Made by a program: the position numbers and the translations under genes
Shown here: in pieces, positions 8,906 through 18,692 of the stretch
Position numbering within the stretch: the first letter of the stretch is position 1
How the letters are laid out: every line of letters starts with the position of its first letter
The notes under the pieces: model-generated
What the model was told of the DNA's origin: nothing
Database searches by the model: none
The model's input: only the letters and a program-made list of their open reading frames with translations
From: a virus
DNA length: 64,000 nucleotides
IMG/VR virus record: IMGVR_UViG_3300028534_000015
Location: 64,003-128,002 of that record
Direction: 5' to 3' (one strand)

Positions 8906-10627
8906 TTAATACATCACGCCACCGTAATGGATGTTTCCAACGTTGGCAGTTCTGCCCTCGAAACCTACTTGACCGATACCCATTTTCATGAATGCATTAC
9001 CAGCATGGACAAGTCCATTTCTTTCAACCCAATCAAATGACTGGAATTCGAATTCTGGTGTAATGCCGGATACTTTCATAGACTCAATGAGCGCAGAAAA
9101 TGCTTCTGGGTTCATATAACATCTACGTTTAGATCCTGTGATTGTAGCATCAATCCCAAGTCCGTTCAACACCTTAAGGAAAAGCATGAATGTGTCGTCT
9201 GCCTCACCTGTTAGAATGTCACCTATATCATCAAAGAACGCCATATATTCTTTTGGCTTTTTAGAGATGATATATGCAGGATCTAGGATTTTATCAATAG
9301 ACACACGCTGTCCGTCTTCAAAGAAATATCCTGTAGGCATGACTGTAGTCATGCTAAAGATTTTTCCTTTGAAAATTGATGTAAATGTATTCCCGAACAT
9401 TTCATCAAGGGTTTTAGCAATGAGTCCGTTTGAACCTATGTTACCGTCAGCAGCAGCTACAATAGGTTGATAAGCCGGAATAACATCTGTATTAATAGGT
9501 ACATCTACAGCAACAAGCGCCGGTACATGTGAGTGCATGTGAATAGCAATTTGTTGCGGAGTCATACCTTTTTCTACAGGTCCGTTATAGAATTTAGCCA
9601 TTGTGCCTAATCTTTCAAGGTTTGCTTCCAATGGTTTCATCCAGTTATTGTTTTTTGTTAGAGCCGCTTGAACACCAAGACCTAACATAGTGTAACCCAA
9701 TGTCATTTTAGCAGACTCTACCATTTCTAGCACGATAATTCTACCGTAACATTGTAACGCTTGCATAGGCGCTGCTTGATAACCGTATGTTGTCGTTTGT
9801 GGTTCAAGCTTAATAGGAGCAGACTGAATGTTACCAAAAGATACGACAATAGGGCTATTATTGTCTAGGTATCCGCCTAGTTCAGATCCTTTGGTTTTTT
9901 CCGTTAGTTCTACAGTATATGTAGCTTCGATTGGTCGACCGTTTGTATCTGTTACACCAGACCCAAGGTTGAATAGATCAAGAGCGAACTTCTTACCAAT
10001 CTTCTCGAAACCTTTTGTTACTTCTGGAATGTTAGGTTCGATTTGTTCTCCAGCATCTTTCTTAGCGATTAAGAATGGTACTTCAGCCCACATTCTGGCT
10101 TTAAGTCCGATAACTCTAGGAGTCACTTCAATCGCTTCATCGATTTGTTGTTTGACAACAATCATCTTATTCTTGCTAGGATCAAACTCATATCCGTGCT
10201 TTTTAGCAATCTCACTCGCCAAAATGAGTTGGATATGTTTATAGTCCTTCTCAATAGCAGCATCCACAAGCGAAACATCTTTGTTGTTTCTAACCGCCTC
10301 AAGAATTTGACTACTTGTTACACAGTCTCTCTCACCAACAGGGTAGACAAGTGTTGCATAAATATTGCCGTTTCTTACATGTGACACAGTTGAGAGTCTC
10401 TTGAAAGTATGAACTTTTACAGGAACATTGTTCTTTTCATACAGTTCAGATACTTCTTCTACAAGTTTTCTGATATTCTCTGGCTGATCTGCGCCAGTAT
10501 CGATGTTAATACCTGATTGTGTCAGTGATGCAAAGTTGTCAGCTTTAAAAAACTGATTTCCATTTACTGTTTCTCCGACTGATCCGTTTTTAGATGCGGA
10601 CGCATCATTTCTTTTTTCTAATGCCAT
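8906..10627 (-). CDS. chmA: Chimallin (phage nuclear shell protein; phiKZ gp54/201phi2-1 gp105-like)
   Basis: 573 aa from MALEKRN (AAAGGA RBS); immediately upstream of gp55-like nvRNAP gene as in nucleus-forming phages; own promoter-like motif and terminator; size and flexible termini fit; sequence is divergent. Confidence 0.72.
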   Translation of the reverse strand: MALEKRNDASASKNGSVGETVNGNQFFKADNFASLTQSGINIDTGADQPENIRKLVEEVSELYEKNNVPVKVHTFKRLSTVSHVRNGNIYATLVYPVGERDCVTSSQILEAVRNNKDVSLVDAAIEKDYKHIQLILASEIAKKHGYEFDPSKNKMIVVKQQIDEAIEVTPRVIGLKARMWAEVPFLIAKKDAGEQIEPNIPEVTKGFEKIGKKFALDLFNLGSGVTDTNGRPIEATYTVELTEKTKGSELGGYLDNNSPIVVSFGNIQSAPIKLEPQTTTYGYQAAPMQALQCYGRIIVLEMVESAKMTLGYTMLGLGVQAALTKNNNWMKPLEANLERLGTMAKFYNGPVEKGMTPQQIAIHMHSHVPALVAVDVPINTDVIPAYQPIVAAADGNIGSNGLIAKTLDEMFGNTFTSIFKGKIFSMTTVMPTGYFFEDGQRVSIDKILDPAYIISKKPKEYMAFFDDIGDILTGEADDTFMLFLKVLNGLGIDATITGSKRRCYMNPEAFSALIESMKVSGITPEFEFQSFDWVERNGLVHAGNAFMKMGIGQVGFEGRTANVGNIHYGGVMY

Positions 10628-10692
10628 TAGATGTCCTTTTTTTTTTAAATTTCTCATGAGAACTTTACAAGTTCAATAGTATAATATGTATG
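10628..10692 (-). promoter_or_regulatory. Early-type promoter, leader hairpin and RBS of chmA
   Basis: Minus strand CATATTATA, then GAACT-tgtaa-AGTTC hairpin, ATTTAAAA and AAAGGA. Confidence 0.55.
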
Positions 10693-10792
10693 TAAAAATT
10701 ATTTCACATACACTCTGACGGTAGTCTTCTTTATAGAGCTCACGCTCTAAAGTATTACTACTCAATATATAAAGAAATTTATCATTTTTTTA

Positions 10793-11590
10793 TTAGTATG
10801 TGTTAGGTACTCCCATTTTAGCTATCTTTCTAATTCCGTTTTTATCAGAGAACATCATTATCTTATACATTTCATTTTCAAGCATTTCATAATATTGTTC
10901 TTCTGCAGATTCATAGCTTTCTATTTTAGTCTTTAGCATACCAATGTTATGACCTTGTGAAATGGCTCCTTCATCTAACATTACAATTACTTTATTGTAT
11001 ATTTCCATCTCAACAGCAAGTTTACAGAATTTAAACCATTTTGGTTTAGCGGCAGATGATAATTCAGGTAAGTTTTCATGATACGAAACTTTTACAAGTG
11101 CTGATAAGATATCTATAGTATAATAGTAGTCTCTTATAAAAAATGTATTTTTCCCTAACATGATAACACCGGCGCTAGACTCTACTGAAGCAGATGAAAG
11201 GTTATCCATCATTTTCATAGCTTCAGACTCCATATTTGAGCCTGTATCATATCTTCCAAAGAATTGTGTATTGGAATAAAACATAGTGTTTCTGGTAACT
11301 TGCAATACCTCTAATATAGATTTATGTTGGAGCGCTTCTGACGGTATTCGAATTACTGTTCCAATACCGACGTCTCTTTTAACAACATAATCTTCTTTTA
11401 ATGGTATATATACTTTATCGCCAACAGCATCGCTTATATCTTGGAGTGCTGTTCTTCTTATGATGCCTTCTAAAACACTATCGATAGTTTCAACATTACC
11501 AATAATATCCATGAAAGCAAAATTTAAAACCTCTTTAGGTATTCCTGAACGTTTAATGCGTTCTACCGCATATGTGATTGGGTTTGTCAT
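10793..11590 (-). CDS. Conserved phiKZ-like virion structural protein (putative neck/head completion)
   Basis: N-terminus MTNPITYAVERIKRSGIPKEVLNFAF and C-terminal IESYESAEEQYYEML resemble a conserved jumbo-phage family. Confidence 0.55.
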   Translation of the reverse strand: MTNPITYAVERIKRSGIPKEVLNFAFMDIIGNVETIDSVLEGIIRRTALQDISDAVGDKVYIPLKEDYVVKRDVGIGTVIRIPSEALQHKSILEVLQVTRNTMFYSNTQFFGRYDTGSNMESEAMKMMDNLSSASVESSAGVIMLGKNTFFIRDYYYTIDILSALVKVSYHENLPELSSAAKPKWFKFCKLAVEMEIYNKVIVMLDEGAISQGHNIGMLKTKIESYESAEEQYYEMLENEMYKIMMFSDKNGIRKIAKMGVPNTY

Positions 11591-11592
11591 TT

Positions 11593-12642
11593 TTATTCTC
11601 CTGTAATTAACTTTGTATCATTAACAAGTGATTCTGTTAAAATATACAATTTGCTATCCTTAAAATTAAAGTGTTCTATATATTTATTCTTAACCAAATC
11701 TCTAAAGAAATATTTATACGCAGTTATAATATCTCTGTTCTTTTTAAAACCATTTTCTGATAAAAGAAAAATAGCGTCATTAAGAATAATAGAATTAGAT
11801 AAATAAGTAAATATTTTTGTATTGTTGTTATCATCATATACAGGTCTTTTTAATAACGTTAATGCGTTATCTGAAAAACATGTCGGTATCCAAGAAAACA
11901 CTTCCGTATAATATCGGTTTGTGAAAGCTAACTTTTCAAATAAGTCATCGAAAGCTTTGTCAACTCTTTTGTCGTAATCTCTTATATGAAATGGATGTTT
12001 AGGATCACTATCTTCTATCTCACCCATAGCGTCAAAGAATCTATTCACCAAAGCAAAGTCAAATAGATCTTTTATAACGTTAGTATAAAGTACTTGATAA
12101 ACAAACAGAGTAGGTAGATTATGATCTCCAACTTCTAATCTCTCAAGGCTCCAACGTTTATATTGTATCATCAAAGCACGAATATCTAACATAAACATAT
12201 AATGACCATTTTCTATTTTAGATGGATGATTCATTCCTAAATCTGTTGACGAACTATAAACACATTTCATTACGTTTATATCTTCTGTAACATCGAAAGG
12301 ATTTAGAAAAGACTTTTCAAATAACATTACCGTATCACCAAACAAAGATAAAATTGGTTCACCTTTACTATATTCCGACGTTATTTTAAACATCCTAACA
12401 ATTGATCGTAGCTGTCTATCTACTTCTTCTAAATAAGATGTTTCTTCTTGTGTCACATCTGATAAGAGTTGTTTAATAAGTCTTACAAAGAAGTTATGGT
12501 TTCTAACGTTTGTTTCTCTATCTTTATAATATAAATTCACTATACTAAAGTCAATCTCTGCATGTTTTTTTATGTTATCAAAATGCACAGCTCCGTCAGA
12601 AGACACAGATGGTGTTTTTAAACTTTCTTTAAAAAATAACAT
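11593..12642 (-). CDS. Conserved phiKZ-like putative virion protein
   Basis: 349-aa ORF coupled to neighbours; IDIRALMIQYKRW...FVYQVLYTN-type motif. Confidence 0.5.
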   Translation of the reverse strand: MLFFKESLKTPSVSSDGAVHFDNIKKHAEIDFSIVNLYYKDRETNVRNHNFFVRLIKQLLSDVTQEETSYLEEVDRQLRSIVRMFKITSEYSKGEPILSLFGDTVMLFEKSFLNPFDVTEDINVMKCVYSSSTDLGMNHPSKIENGHYMFMLDIRALMIQYKRWSLERLEVGDHNLPTLFVYQVLYTNVIKDLFDFALVNRFFDAMGEIEDSDPKHPFHIRDYDKRVDKAFDDLFEKLAFTNRYYTEVFSWIPTCFSDNALTLLKRPVYDDNNNTKIFTYLSNSIILNDAIFLLSENGFKKNRDIITAYKYFFRDLVKNKYIEHFNFKDSKLYILTESLVNDTKLITGE

Positions 12643-13028
12643 TATTTCTTACCTTTCTTTTTTCTCAATCCTGTATCCCACATATGTTTTATATTCTCAC
12701 TTCTTGTTGTCCATTCTAAGTTCTCTTCACTACAATCAAGCTTATTTCCGTTAATATGATTAACCTCTTTCTTAAGTTCAGGATTGGGTTTAAAATACTC
12801 TGCGACAAGTCTGTGCAAATAGAACTTCTTTGGTTTATTGTTTTTATATAAAACAACACGCAGATAACCGTCTTTTAATATAGGTTTTAAAACACGCTCT
12901 TTTCTTTCTTGTTCAACACCATTATTTTTTGTTATTTTCTTACCTATAGAAATAACAACGCCGTTAGAACATATTTTGTATAATTTCTCAAACCCTTTTA
13001 TTGGTTTACACTTTACTTTTTTATCCAT
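12642..13028 (-). CDS. NUMOD4-HNH homing endonuclease
   Basis: PIKGFEKLYKICSNGVV (NUMOD4), GYLRVVL, HRLVAEYF, VNHINGNKLDCSEENLEWTTRSENIKH. Confidence 0.92.
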   Translation of the reverse strand: MDKKVKCKPIKGFEKLYKICSNGVVISIGKKITKNNGVEQERKERVLKPILKDGYLRVVLYKNNKPKKFYLHRLVAEYFKPNPELKKEVNHINGNKLDCSEENLEWTTRSENIKHMWDTGLRKKKGKK

Positions 13029-13065
13029 GTCTATCCTTCTTGGAATATCAAAGAAAAAAAGATAG

Positions 13066-13093
13066 ATCAGAGTGGACTGATGTCCACTCTGAT
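13066..13093 (-). terminator. Intrinsic terminator
   Basis: 12-bp stem ATCAGAGTGGAC-tgat-GTCCACTCTGAT, T-run downstream on minus strand. Confidence 0.8.
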
Positions 13094-13419
13094 TAATCGA
13101 TGAATTTTGAGGTTATGGTTTCGTTATAACCGAAATATATTCTAAATCCTTTAAAGTCTTTTGACGGAACGTCTACGACAATAAGTTCAGCATCCTCAAA
13201 GTACTCTAACTCTATTTCGTCTATAGAGAACCGTTTTCCTGTAGGCGACATAATCATCTTTTTATCACACTCAACTTTAGTGTTTAACAAACCGTTATTC
13301 ACAACTTTAAAACTTACGCCGTTTACTTTGTTGTTTTTATCTGGTTCACAATACACTACAAGTTTTTTACTTCTTAAAAGTGACTTATATAACGTTACCT
13401 CTTTTAAAACTACCGACAT
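13093..13419 (-). CDS. Hypothetical protein
   Basis: 108-aa ORF with AAAGGA RBS. Confidence 0.7.
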   Translation of the reverse strand: MSVVLKEVTLYKSLLRSKKLVVYCEPDKNNKVNGVSFKVVNNGLLNTKVECDKKMIMSPTGKRFSIDEIELEYFEDAELIVVDVPSKDFKGFRIYFGYNETITSKFID

Positions 13420-13435
13420 ATTTTTCCTTTTCTAT

Positions 13436-13831
13436 TTAATTCAAAATATTAACACGTTCAGAAATAACACTATATCCTTCACGCGCCAACAACGATTTAA
13501 TAATCGAAACATCTGTATTGTTAATGTTCCCTATAGTTAATGTGAAATTAACATTAGAACCTTCAACAACTGTATTCTGATCAATCCAGTCTTCTAGAAG
13601 GTAGTATGCAGTTCCATTACCGTCTAGAAATTTATACACATTCGCTGTAGTAACGTCTACTACATCGGTTCCTAGTGCGTTTGCTACAGAAATCGATTTA
13701 GCATTAAGATTCCCTAACTCGCTTACAAATTCTGACCCGAGTCCTTTTTTAACTAATTTTACAGCTTCATACCTGTCACCCAATACAGATGGACAGATAG
13801 TATTAAAGCTAATTAAATTACCTATTTCCAT
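13436..13831 (-). CDS. Conserved phiKZ-like small beta-barrel protein
   Basis: IGNLISFNTICPSVLGDRYEAVKL...LEDWIDQNTV pattern recognisable in phiKZ-like phages. Confidence 0.55.
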   Translation of the reverse strand: MEIGNLISFNTICPSVLGDRYEAVKLVKKGLGSEFVSELGNLNAKSISVANALGTDVVDVTTANVYKFLDGNGTAYYLLEDWIDQNTVVEGSNVNFTLTIGNINNTDVSIIKSLLAREGYSVISERVNILN

Positions 13832-14174
13832 TTTCCCTCCTTAATAATATCACACCAGTATAAAGATCAAAATCTTCTATATAAAATAAACTATTTCCGA
13901 CATCTTTTGGTAACTGGTTTCTAATCTGAAGAGATAGCATTTTGACCATCTCAAAAATCTTATATAACTCATTATTGGTCGCTTTAACATTCTTATCAAA
14001 GAAGATTTCTGCAACGTGTCTCATTATAAATGTGTCGACATTTACAAAACTAAGCAATGATTCTCGTGCTAGATTTATAGAAACATCTACAATATCTCTA
14101 GACAAAATATCATTTTTTAGATTACGCAATAGAATAACGGTAGCGTTATTTAACCTTACAGCAACTAACTCCAT
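13818..14174 (-). CDS. Hypothetical protein (small ORF array)
   Basis: 118 aa, AAGGA RBS, overlaps neighbours. Confidence 0.7.
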   Translation of the reverse strand: MELVAVRLNNATVILLRNLKNDILSRDIVDVSINLARESLLSFVNVDTFIMRHVAEIFFDKNVKATNNELYKIFEMVKMLSLQIRNQLPKDVGNSLFYIEDFDLYTGVILLRRENGNR

Positions 14175-14479
14175 GATAGTTCCTTATAACTTTTGGTTCT
14201 AACATAAACAATTCCACTTTCTGTTATTTTCTCAACAAGAAGAGAATGACTAACAAGGTTATCACATCTTATTTGATCTGCAATGTCTTTTACGATTAGT
14301 TCTAATAAATGAAAGTTATTTGTCATATCAGAGAACATAACTTTTATAATATGTATGTTCTCTAAACTGTACGCATAAATTTGTGCCGCATACAGTAAAT
14401 CATTGATGATGAAGTCTAAATCTTTCTTCGGTAACTTATCAAAGAACCGTAGTCTGATTATACAAATACATTCTTCCAT
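14165..14479 (-). CDS. Hypothetical protein (small ORF array)
   Basis: 104 aa, GAGGT RBS, overlaps neighbours. Confidence 0.7.
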   Translation of the reverse strand: MEECICIIRLRFFDKLPKKDLDFIINDLLYAAQIYAYSLENIHIIKVMFSDMTNNFHLLELIVKDIADQIRCDNLVSHSLLVEKITESGIVYVRTKSYKELSWS

Positions 14480-14892
14480 AATAAAACACCTCTTTTTGTC
14501 ATTCCTAAATATACGCCATATTGATATAAACCATACTCTTTAAATCTATTAGTGTAGAAATACAACAGATCTTCAATAGTGGTTTTATTAACCTTTGAAA
14601 GTATGTGTTGATCATCTGGATTCAAAGCATATATGTTTTCAATAAACTTTTCTATTGCCATACCAAAATAATGAGACGTGTATAGACAATGTAATTCTAA
14701 ACCTAGTCGTGTTAAAAATAAGTTATTTCTATAGAGAAACAACTTAATGTTATGTATACTGACAGAATTTTTTGTTTTGTCTGTTTGGTGTAAATCTACG
14801 GCTAATTCATCTAAATATTCACTGTACGAACCTAACAATATTCCTTCAGATATATCATAAATATTATTCAATTCCCTTGTTAATGGATCCAT
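14458..14892 (-). CDS. Hypothetical protein (small ORF array)
   Basis: 144 aa, AAGGT RBS, overlaps neighbours. Confidence 0.7.
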   Translation of the reverse strand: MDPLTRELNNIYDISEGILLGSYSEYLDELAVDLHQTDKTKNSVSIHNIKLFLYRNNLFLTRLGLELHCLYTSHYFGMAIEKFIENIYALNPDDQHILSKVNKTTIEDLLYFYTNRFKEYGLYQYGVYLGMTKRGVLLWKNVFV

Positions 14893-15281
14893 AAATAAAC
14901 ACCTTTATCTTTATAACCTAAAAGGGTTATGTCAATTGTAGGGTCGTTGAGTATCTCTTTATCTATGAACGGCATATAAAATTCATAGATGAGTTTTGCT
15001 TCTTCATCATAACCGTTATTAAACCTAACAAATTCCACGAAACCGTTAAAAGAAGATTGCCCGCCTCTAAGATACTGAAGCAGTAATTCGAACGTTGTTA
15101 ATCTACTGACTTCAGAATCTGTAAAGGAGTGTAATAACGGACCTATAGGCAGAATCATCAATGCGCCTGTTGAGATATCGTTACTCGCAAGGTTTTTTAT
15201 TTTTCTAGGATCCTCTAAAAGCGGTGGCGCAATGTCAGATAGTAGTTCACCAACTTTCATTATCAAGTCCTTGTATAACAA
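14880..15281 (-). CDS. Hypothetical protein (small ORF array)
   Basis: ~125-133 aa; true start may be MKVGELL after AAGGA. Confidence 0.65.
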   Translation of the reverse strand: MLYKDLIMKVGELLSDIAPPLLEDPRKIKNLASNDISTGALMILPIGPLLHSFTDSEVSRLTTFELLLQYLRGGQSSFNGFVEFVRFNNGYDEEAKLIYEFYMPFIDKEILNDPTIDITLLGYKDKGVYLWIH

Positions 15282-15634
15282 CCGATTAAACGATTGTTAA
15301 ATTCTTCCCAACCGACCATAACAAGATCAGACATATTTTCTACAGTCGATAGTCTGTTTAGAATACATCTTATTTTAATCTTAAGATATTCTATATCTGT
15401 GAAAGGTGTTCTGTTAAGAATATCATTCAACATCTTAGTAAAGAATGATTGTGTGTCGAATTTATGTATAAGATGTAAATTTTCGGATACATATTCGACA
15501 ATAATTCTTTTCATTGTAATGTCAAATTGATCATTAACAAAACAATGAGCAAAGTTAACAATTATCAGTGACTTCTCACCGTACGTCACTAACTCTTGTG
15601 TGTGGTTTTCCCTAATTGTAACTAACGGTTGCAT
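15263..15634 (-). CDS. Hypothetical protein (small ORF array)
   Basis: 123 aa, AGGAG RBS. Confidence 0.7.
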   Translation of the reverse strand: MQPLVTIRENHTQELVTYGEKSLIIVNFAHCFVNDQFDITMKRIIVEYVSENLHLIHKFDTQSFFTKMLNDILNRTPFTDIEYLKIKIRCILNRLSTVENMSDLVMVGWEEFNNRLIGCYTRT

Positions 15635-15635
15635 A

Positions 15636-17030
15636 TCACGCTCCTTTTAAAATAGGAAACCCATCAATAAGTTTAGGTTTCTTTGATGACTGAACACTGC
15701 TATCTGGTGTTTTTGTATCTTCTTTATTCTCCTTATTTTTTAGTTCGATTTGTTTCTTCTTCTTAACAACACGATGAACATGGTTGTCAATATCTGCTAA
15801 GTCAAAACAGATAGGGTTTTTAACGTCGAGGAATAATGTTTGGTTAATTCCAAGACTATTTGTTCGTTTGTAAATGACTTGGAAGCTATTCTTAAAGAAT
15901 TTTGTCCTGCCCATATCAAAAACTTGCTTTGTTTCAACATTGAACAGTCCCTGTTTTGTTTTACCTGATGTAGATACAAGAAAATACGCAGTCCAACCAT
16001 CTTTTGCCGAATAGCTATTGGTGAACCTTTGATCTCTTACATGTCTGAATCCGACACGTTCAGGAAATTCATCAAGAAATGGACAACTTCTTTCTTTAGC
16101 CAGAAACTCATCTTCAAGTGTCTTGACAAATCGTCCTTCTTTATCTATCATAACACCGTAGTCACCGTAAACTTCTTTTTGTTCATTAAACGTACAGTAG
16201 TAACCTTTACTGTTCGCAAATATGTCAATGTACTCAAATTGATCTTCGCTGAATATGATATCATCAAGTTCAAAGAACTCTTTTTCTTCATTATTGTAAA
16301 CACACAACATAATCTTATCGTCATGTTTTACAATAGCGTGAAATTTACCATCAAAGTATTCGATATTCGATTTGAATTCTAGTTTAAAGTCTGTTGACCA
16401 TAATAGTTCTAGTGACTCACCGTCAAATACGCCAGTTTTACCATTGATTACCACAGAGAAACACGTTCTGTCATCTTCAAAATCAAATATATCTATTTCA
16501 AAGACAGCATTCTTTGAAATCCCAAAACCAAACTCTCTTAGGAATTGAATATTATGATCTGTCTCGATACCTGTTGTCATCACGTTTAGACGTTCTAACT
16601 GATTTTTATCAATCTGTTTTAGTCTAAACTTTTTGTCTTCAAACTCTTCAGAGGAGACCAACCACTGAATGATTTTATCAGCAATTTTAACACTGTTTTC
16701 TGTGATATCTGGTTTTGGGTCTGCTGAAAATTCTTCAGACTCAAAAAAGTCTTTACGTATTTTAACGTCTTTCAAATCGTTTATAGAAAAACGTTCTGAT
16801 AATAAAAAGACAGTGTAATTAGGAAAGAACTTCATATCTGCTATGTCTTTTTTAAGTTCTCTAAAGTAAATGTCTGTTTCAGTGACAGCATCTACTACGT
16901 CCTGTTTATTTTTATATTTTTGTATAAAATTTGTTAACTTCTTATCAAAGATCATTTGTTTTTTAGACGGGTTGACTGACATTAATGTTCCCATTAATGT
17001 CAGTAGCTTTGTTTTTTGTTTAAGTGTCAT
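15636..17030 (-). CDS. Hypothetical protein with beta-repeat (WG-repeat/propeller-like) central region
   Basis: 464 aa; repeated GKTGVFD / DYGVMIDKEG / KQGLFNVET strands. Confidence 0.6.
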   Translation of the reverse strand: MTLKQKTKLLTLMGTLMSVNPSKKQMIFDKKLTNFIQKYKNKQDVVDAVTETDIYFRELKKDIADMKFFPNYTVFLLSERFSINDLKDVKIRKDFFESEEFSADPKPDITENSVKIADKIIQWLVSSEEFEDKKFRLKQIDKNQLERLNVMTTGIETDHNIQFLREFGFGISKNAVFEIDIFDFEDDRTCFSVVINGKTGVFDGESLELLWSTDFKLEFKSNIEYFDGKFHAIVKHDDKIMLCVYNNEEKEFFELDDIIFSEDQFEYIDIFANSKGYYCTFNEQKEVYGDYGVMIDKEGRFVKTLEDEFLAKERSCPFLDEFPERVGFRHVRDQRFTNSYSAKDGWTAYFLVSTSGKTKQGLFNVETKQVFDMGRTKFFKNSFQVIYKRTNSLGINQTLFLDVKNPICFDLADIDNHVHRVVKKKKQIELKNKENKEDTKTPDSSVQSSKKPKLIDGFPILKGA

Positions 17031-17032
17031 GA

Positions 17033-17479
17033 TTAACTCCTTTTCTTATAAAACTCTGCGACATGAACATACACAGAGTTATTTCTTACTTGTATTTCTT
17101 TTATACAAGAGACTCTTTCCGAAGACCATAAAGCATCGAAATCAAAACGACGTACTCCTATGACAGATTCTAATTGCTGTAGTTCGTTGTGTGCTACAGT
17201 AGCAATATGAATCATCTGCATTACGGTATCATTAGAGATACTGTCTATTCCTAAGCTGTCTAGGAGAATTAATATTTGTGTATTGACATCGTTTTGATTT
17301 TGACCATACACGTATCCTATTTCTGATAAACTTTTAAATAAATCATCTTTATCAGAGAAGGATATAAAGAATTGATTGTATAGCGATGAAAGTGTTTGTA
17401 ACCTAAAAATATTTATTGTTGCGATATCGTAGTAGAATGATATGTCTAATAACATATCGTTTATTGTTCTACTAATCAT
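17033..17479 (-). CDS. Hypothetical protein (small ORF array)
   Basis: 148 aa, overlaps upstream ORF. Confidence 0.7.
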   Translation of the reverse strand: MISRTINDMLLDISFYYDIATINIFRLQTLSSLYNQFFISFSDKDDLFKSLSEIGYVYGQNQNDVNTQILILLDSLGIDSISNDTVMQMIHIATVAHNELQQLESVIGVRRFDFDALWSSERVSCIKEIQVRNNSVYVHVAEFYKKRS

Positions 17480-17933
17480 CGATATTTTTTAGTTTATACA
17501 TTTCTTCCATCGCTTTGTATCGTGCTTCATAAACACTATTAAAGATTATCTCTAAAATAACATTTGATGTAACAGTGTCAATGTTAATGCAGATGCTTTC
17601 TATGACCGTCTCTTCTTCTATGAAACTATGAACATAGTTTAAGTACCATGTTTCTAAAACACTTAAGATCCTTTCTGCTTCTTCAGGACCCATATCAACA
17701 ACAGCCATTAAATTGTCTTTAAGGTCTGTTGAAAGAACAGAAACAAGCGGTTCTGAAGTTAAGTCCATAAAATCTCTGTAGTACGGAGTACTGTGAAGAG
17801 ATATACCTTTATCGTCGTATGTCTTTTTGAGAATATGTACTTCTATGATACATCTTAACATATTTTCAAAATCTGACGAAGGATACCTTTTAATGATGTC
17901 CGTTAAAGGATTCATTTTTGTTACTATAACCAT
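17472..17933 (-). CDS. Hypothetical protein (first gene of early operon)
   Basis: 153 aa, AAAGGAG RBS inside repeated leader. Confidence 0.75.
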   Translation of the reverse strand: MVIVTKMNPLTDIIKRYPSSDFENMLRCIIEVHILKKTYDDKGISLHSTPYYRDFMDLTSEPLVSVLSTDLKDNLMAVVDMGPEEAERILSVLETWYLNYVHSFIEEETVIESICINIDTVTSNVILEIIFNSVYEARYKAMEEMYKLKNIDD

Positions 17934-18006
17934 TTTATTCTCCTTTATGATTTTAAATTAATTAGTTCTTATAGAACACCTCAAGCTTAAACTGCTTATA
18001 TAATAT
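17933..18006 (-). repeat. 74-bp promoter/leader/RBS direct repeat, copy 1
   Basis: 72/74 identical to 18693-18766; contains ATATTATA, GTTCT-ata-AGAAC hairpin and AAAGGAG. Confidence 0.9.
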
Positions 18007-18030
18007 ATAAATTAAAAAAAATTAAGAACA

Positions 18031-18058
18031 ACTACGTCGAACTTAAGTTCGACGTAGT
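18031..18058 (-). terminator. Perfect 28-bp palindrome/terminator centred on a stop codon
   Basis: ACTACGTCGAACTTAAGTTCGACGTAGT; T-run downstream on minus strand. Confidence 0.75.
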
Positions 18059-18582
18059 ATTGTTTTAAATAAGCATAAGGTCGTTCTGATTAAGTTTAAT
18101 GAAAAAAGATTTATTAAATTATAATCTAGAACGCATTCTTTATCAGTATGTCTACAACTTGCACCGCAAAGTATGAATACACCATCCAAAAGTTTTGAAA
18201 CAATAAATAATAGTAACGCTACGATATTTAAATTAAAGATAATAAAAAGTGTAAGAAATAAATCTAAATACCTAATAAAAAAATTCTTTTCATTACTATA
18301 AAAAACCACACATGTATGAATATAGTGGTAAAGCAATCTTCTGAAGTTATATTTTAATTTCATTATTATAATATAAACCAAAATAGAACCCACAAAATAG
18401 AAATTAGCTTTTTCATTAAAATCTATAAAGTAATGATTTAACATTATAAATATCAGAATGTCAACGCCGCCAAGTAGTATGATAAATATTAAGACATAAA
18501 GAAAATTATCTGTGGATGTTAATAAAAACATATCTAAAATAAAAGCTAAAATGGTTGAAAACACATACAATCTTTTATTCAT
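18043..18582 (-). CDS. Multi-pass membrane protein, hypothetical
   Basis: Likely start MNKRLYVF after AAGGA; about four hydrophobic segments; very AT-rich. Confidence 0.6.
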   Translation of the reverse strand: MNKRLYVFSTILAFILDMFLLTSTDNFLYVLIFIILLGGVDILIFIMLNHYFIDFNEKANFYFVGSILVYIIIMKLKYNFRRLLYHYIHTCVVFYSNEKNFFIRYLDLFLTLFIIFNLNIVALLLFIVSKLLDGVFILCGASCRHTDKECVLDYNLINLFSLNLIRTTLCLFKTILRRT

Positions 18583-18691
18583 ATTTAATTCCTTTATATT
18601 TAAGTATAAAATACATTCTAAACGATTTAATAGCACTAATGATAAGTCTGCTAATAACACCACTACTTAAGTATGAGGTCGTATCAGTCAT
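18575..18691 (-). CDS. Unannotated 38-aa peptide MTDTTSYLSSGVISRLIISAIKSFRMYFILKYKGIKYE
   Basis: ATG follows AAAGGAG of repeat copy 2; stop overlaps the start of the membrane-protein gene. Confidence 0.6.
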   Translation of the reverse strand: MTDTTSYLSSGVISRLIISAIKSFRMYFILKYKGIKYE

Positions 18692-18692
18692 T

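Noticed and set aside
10721-10761. Imperfect hairpin GTAGT...TAGAGC-tcac-GCTCTA...ACTAC upstream of chmA as a separate ncRNA
   Set aside because: Short and directly after a stop codon; more simply a terminator or processing stem
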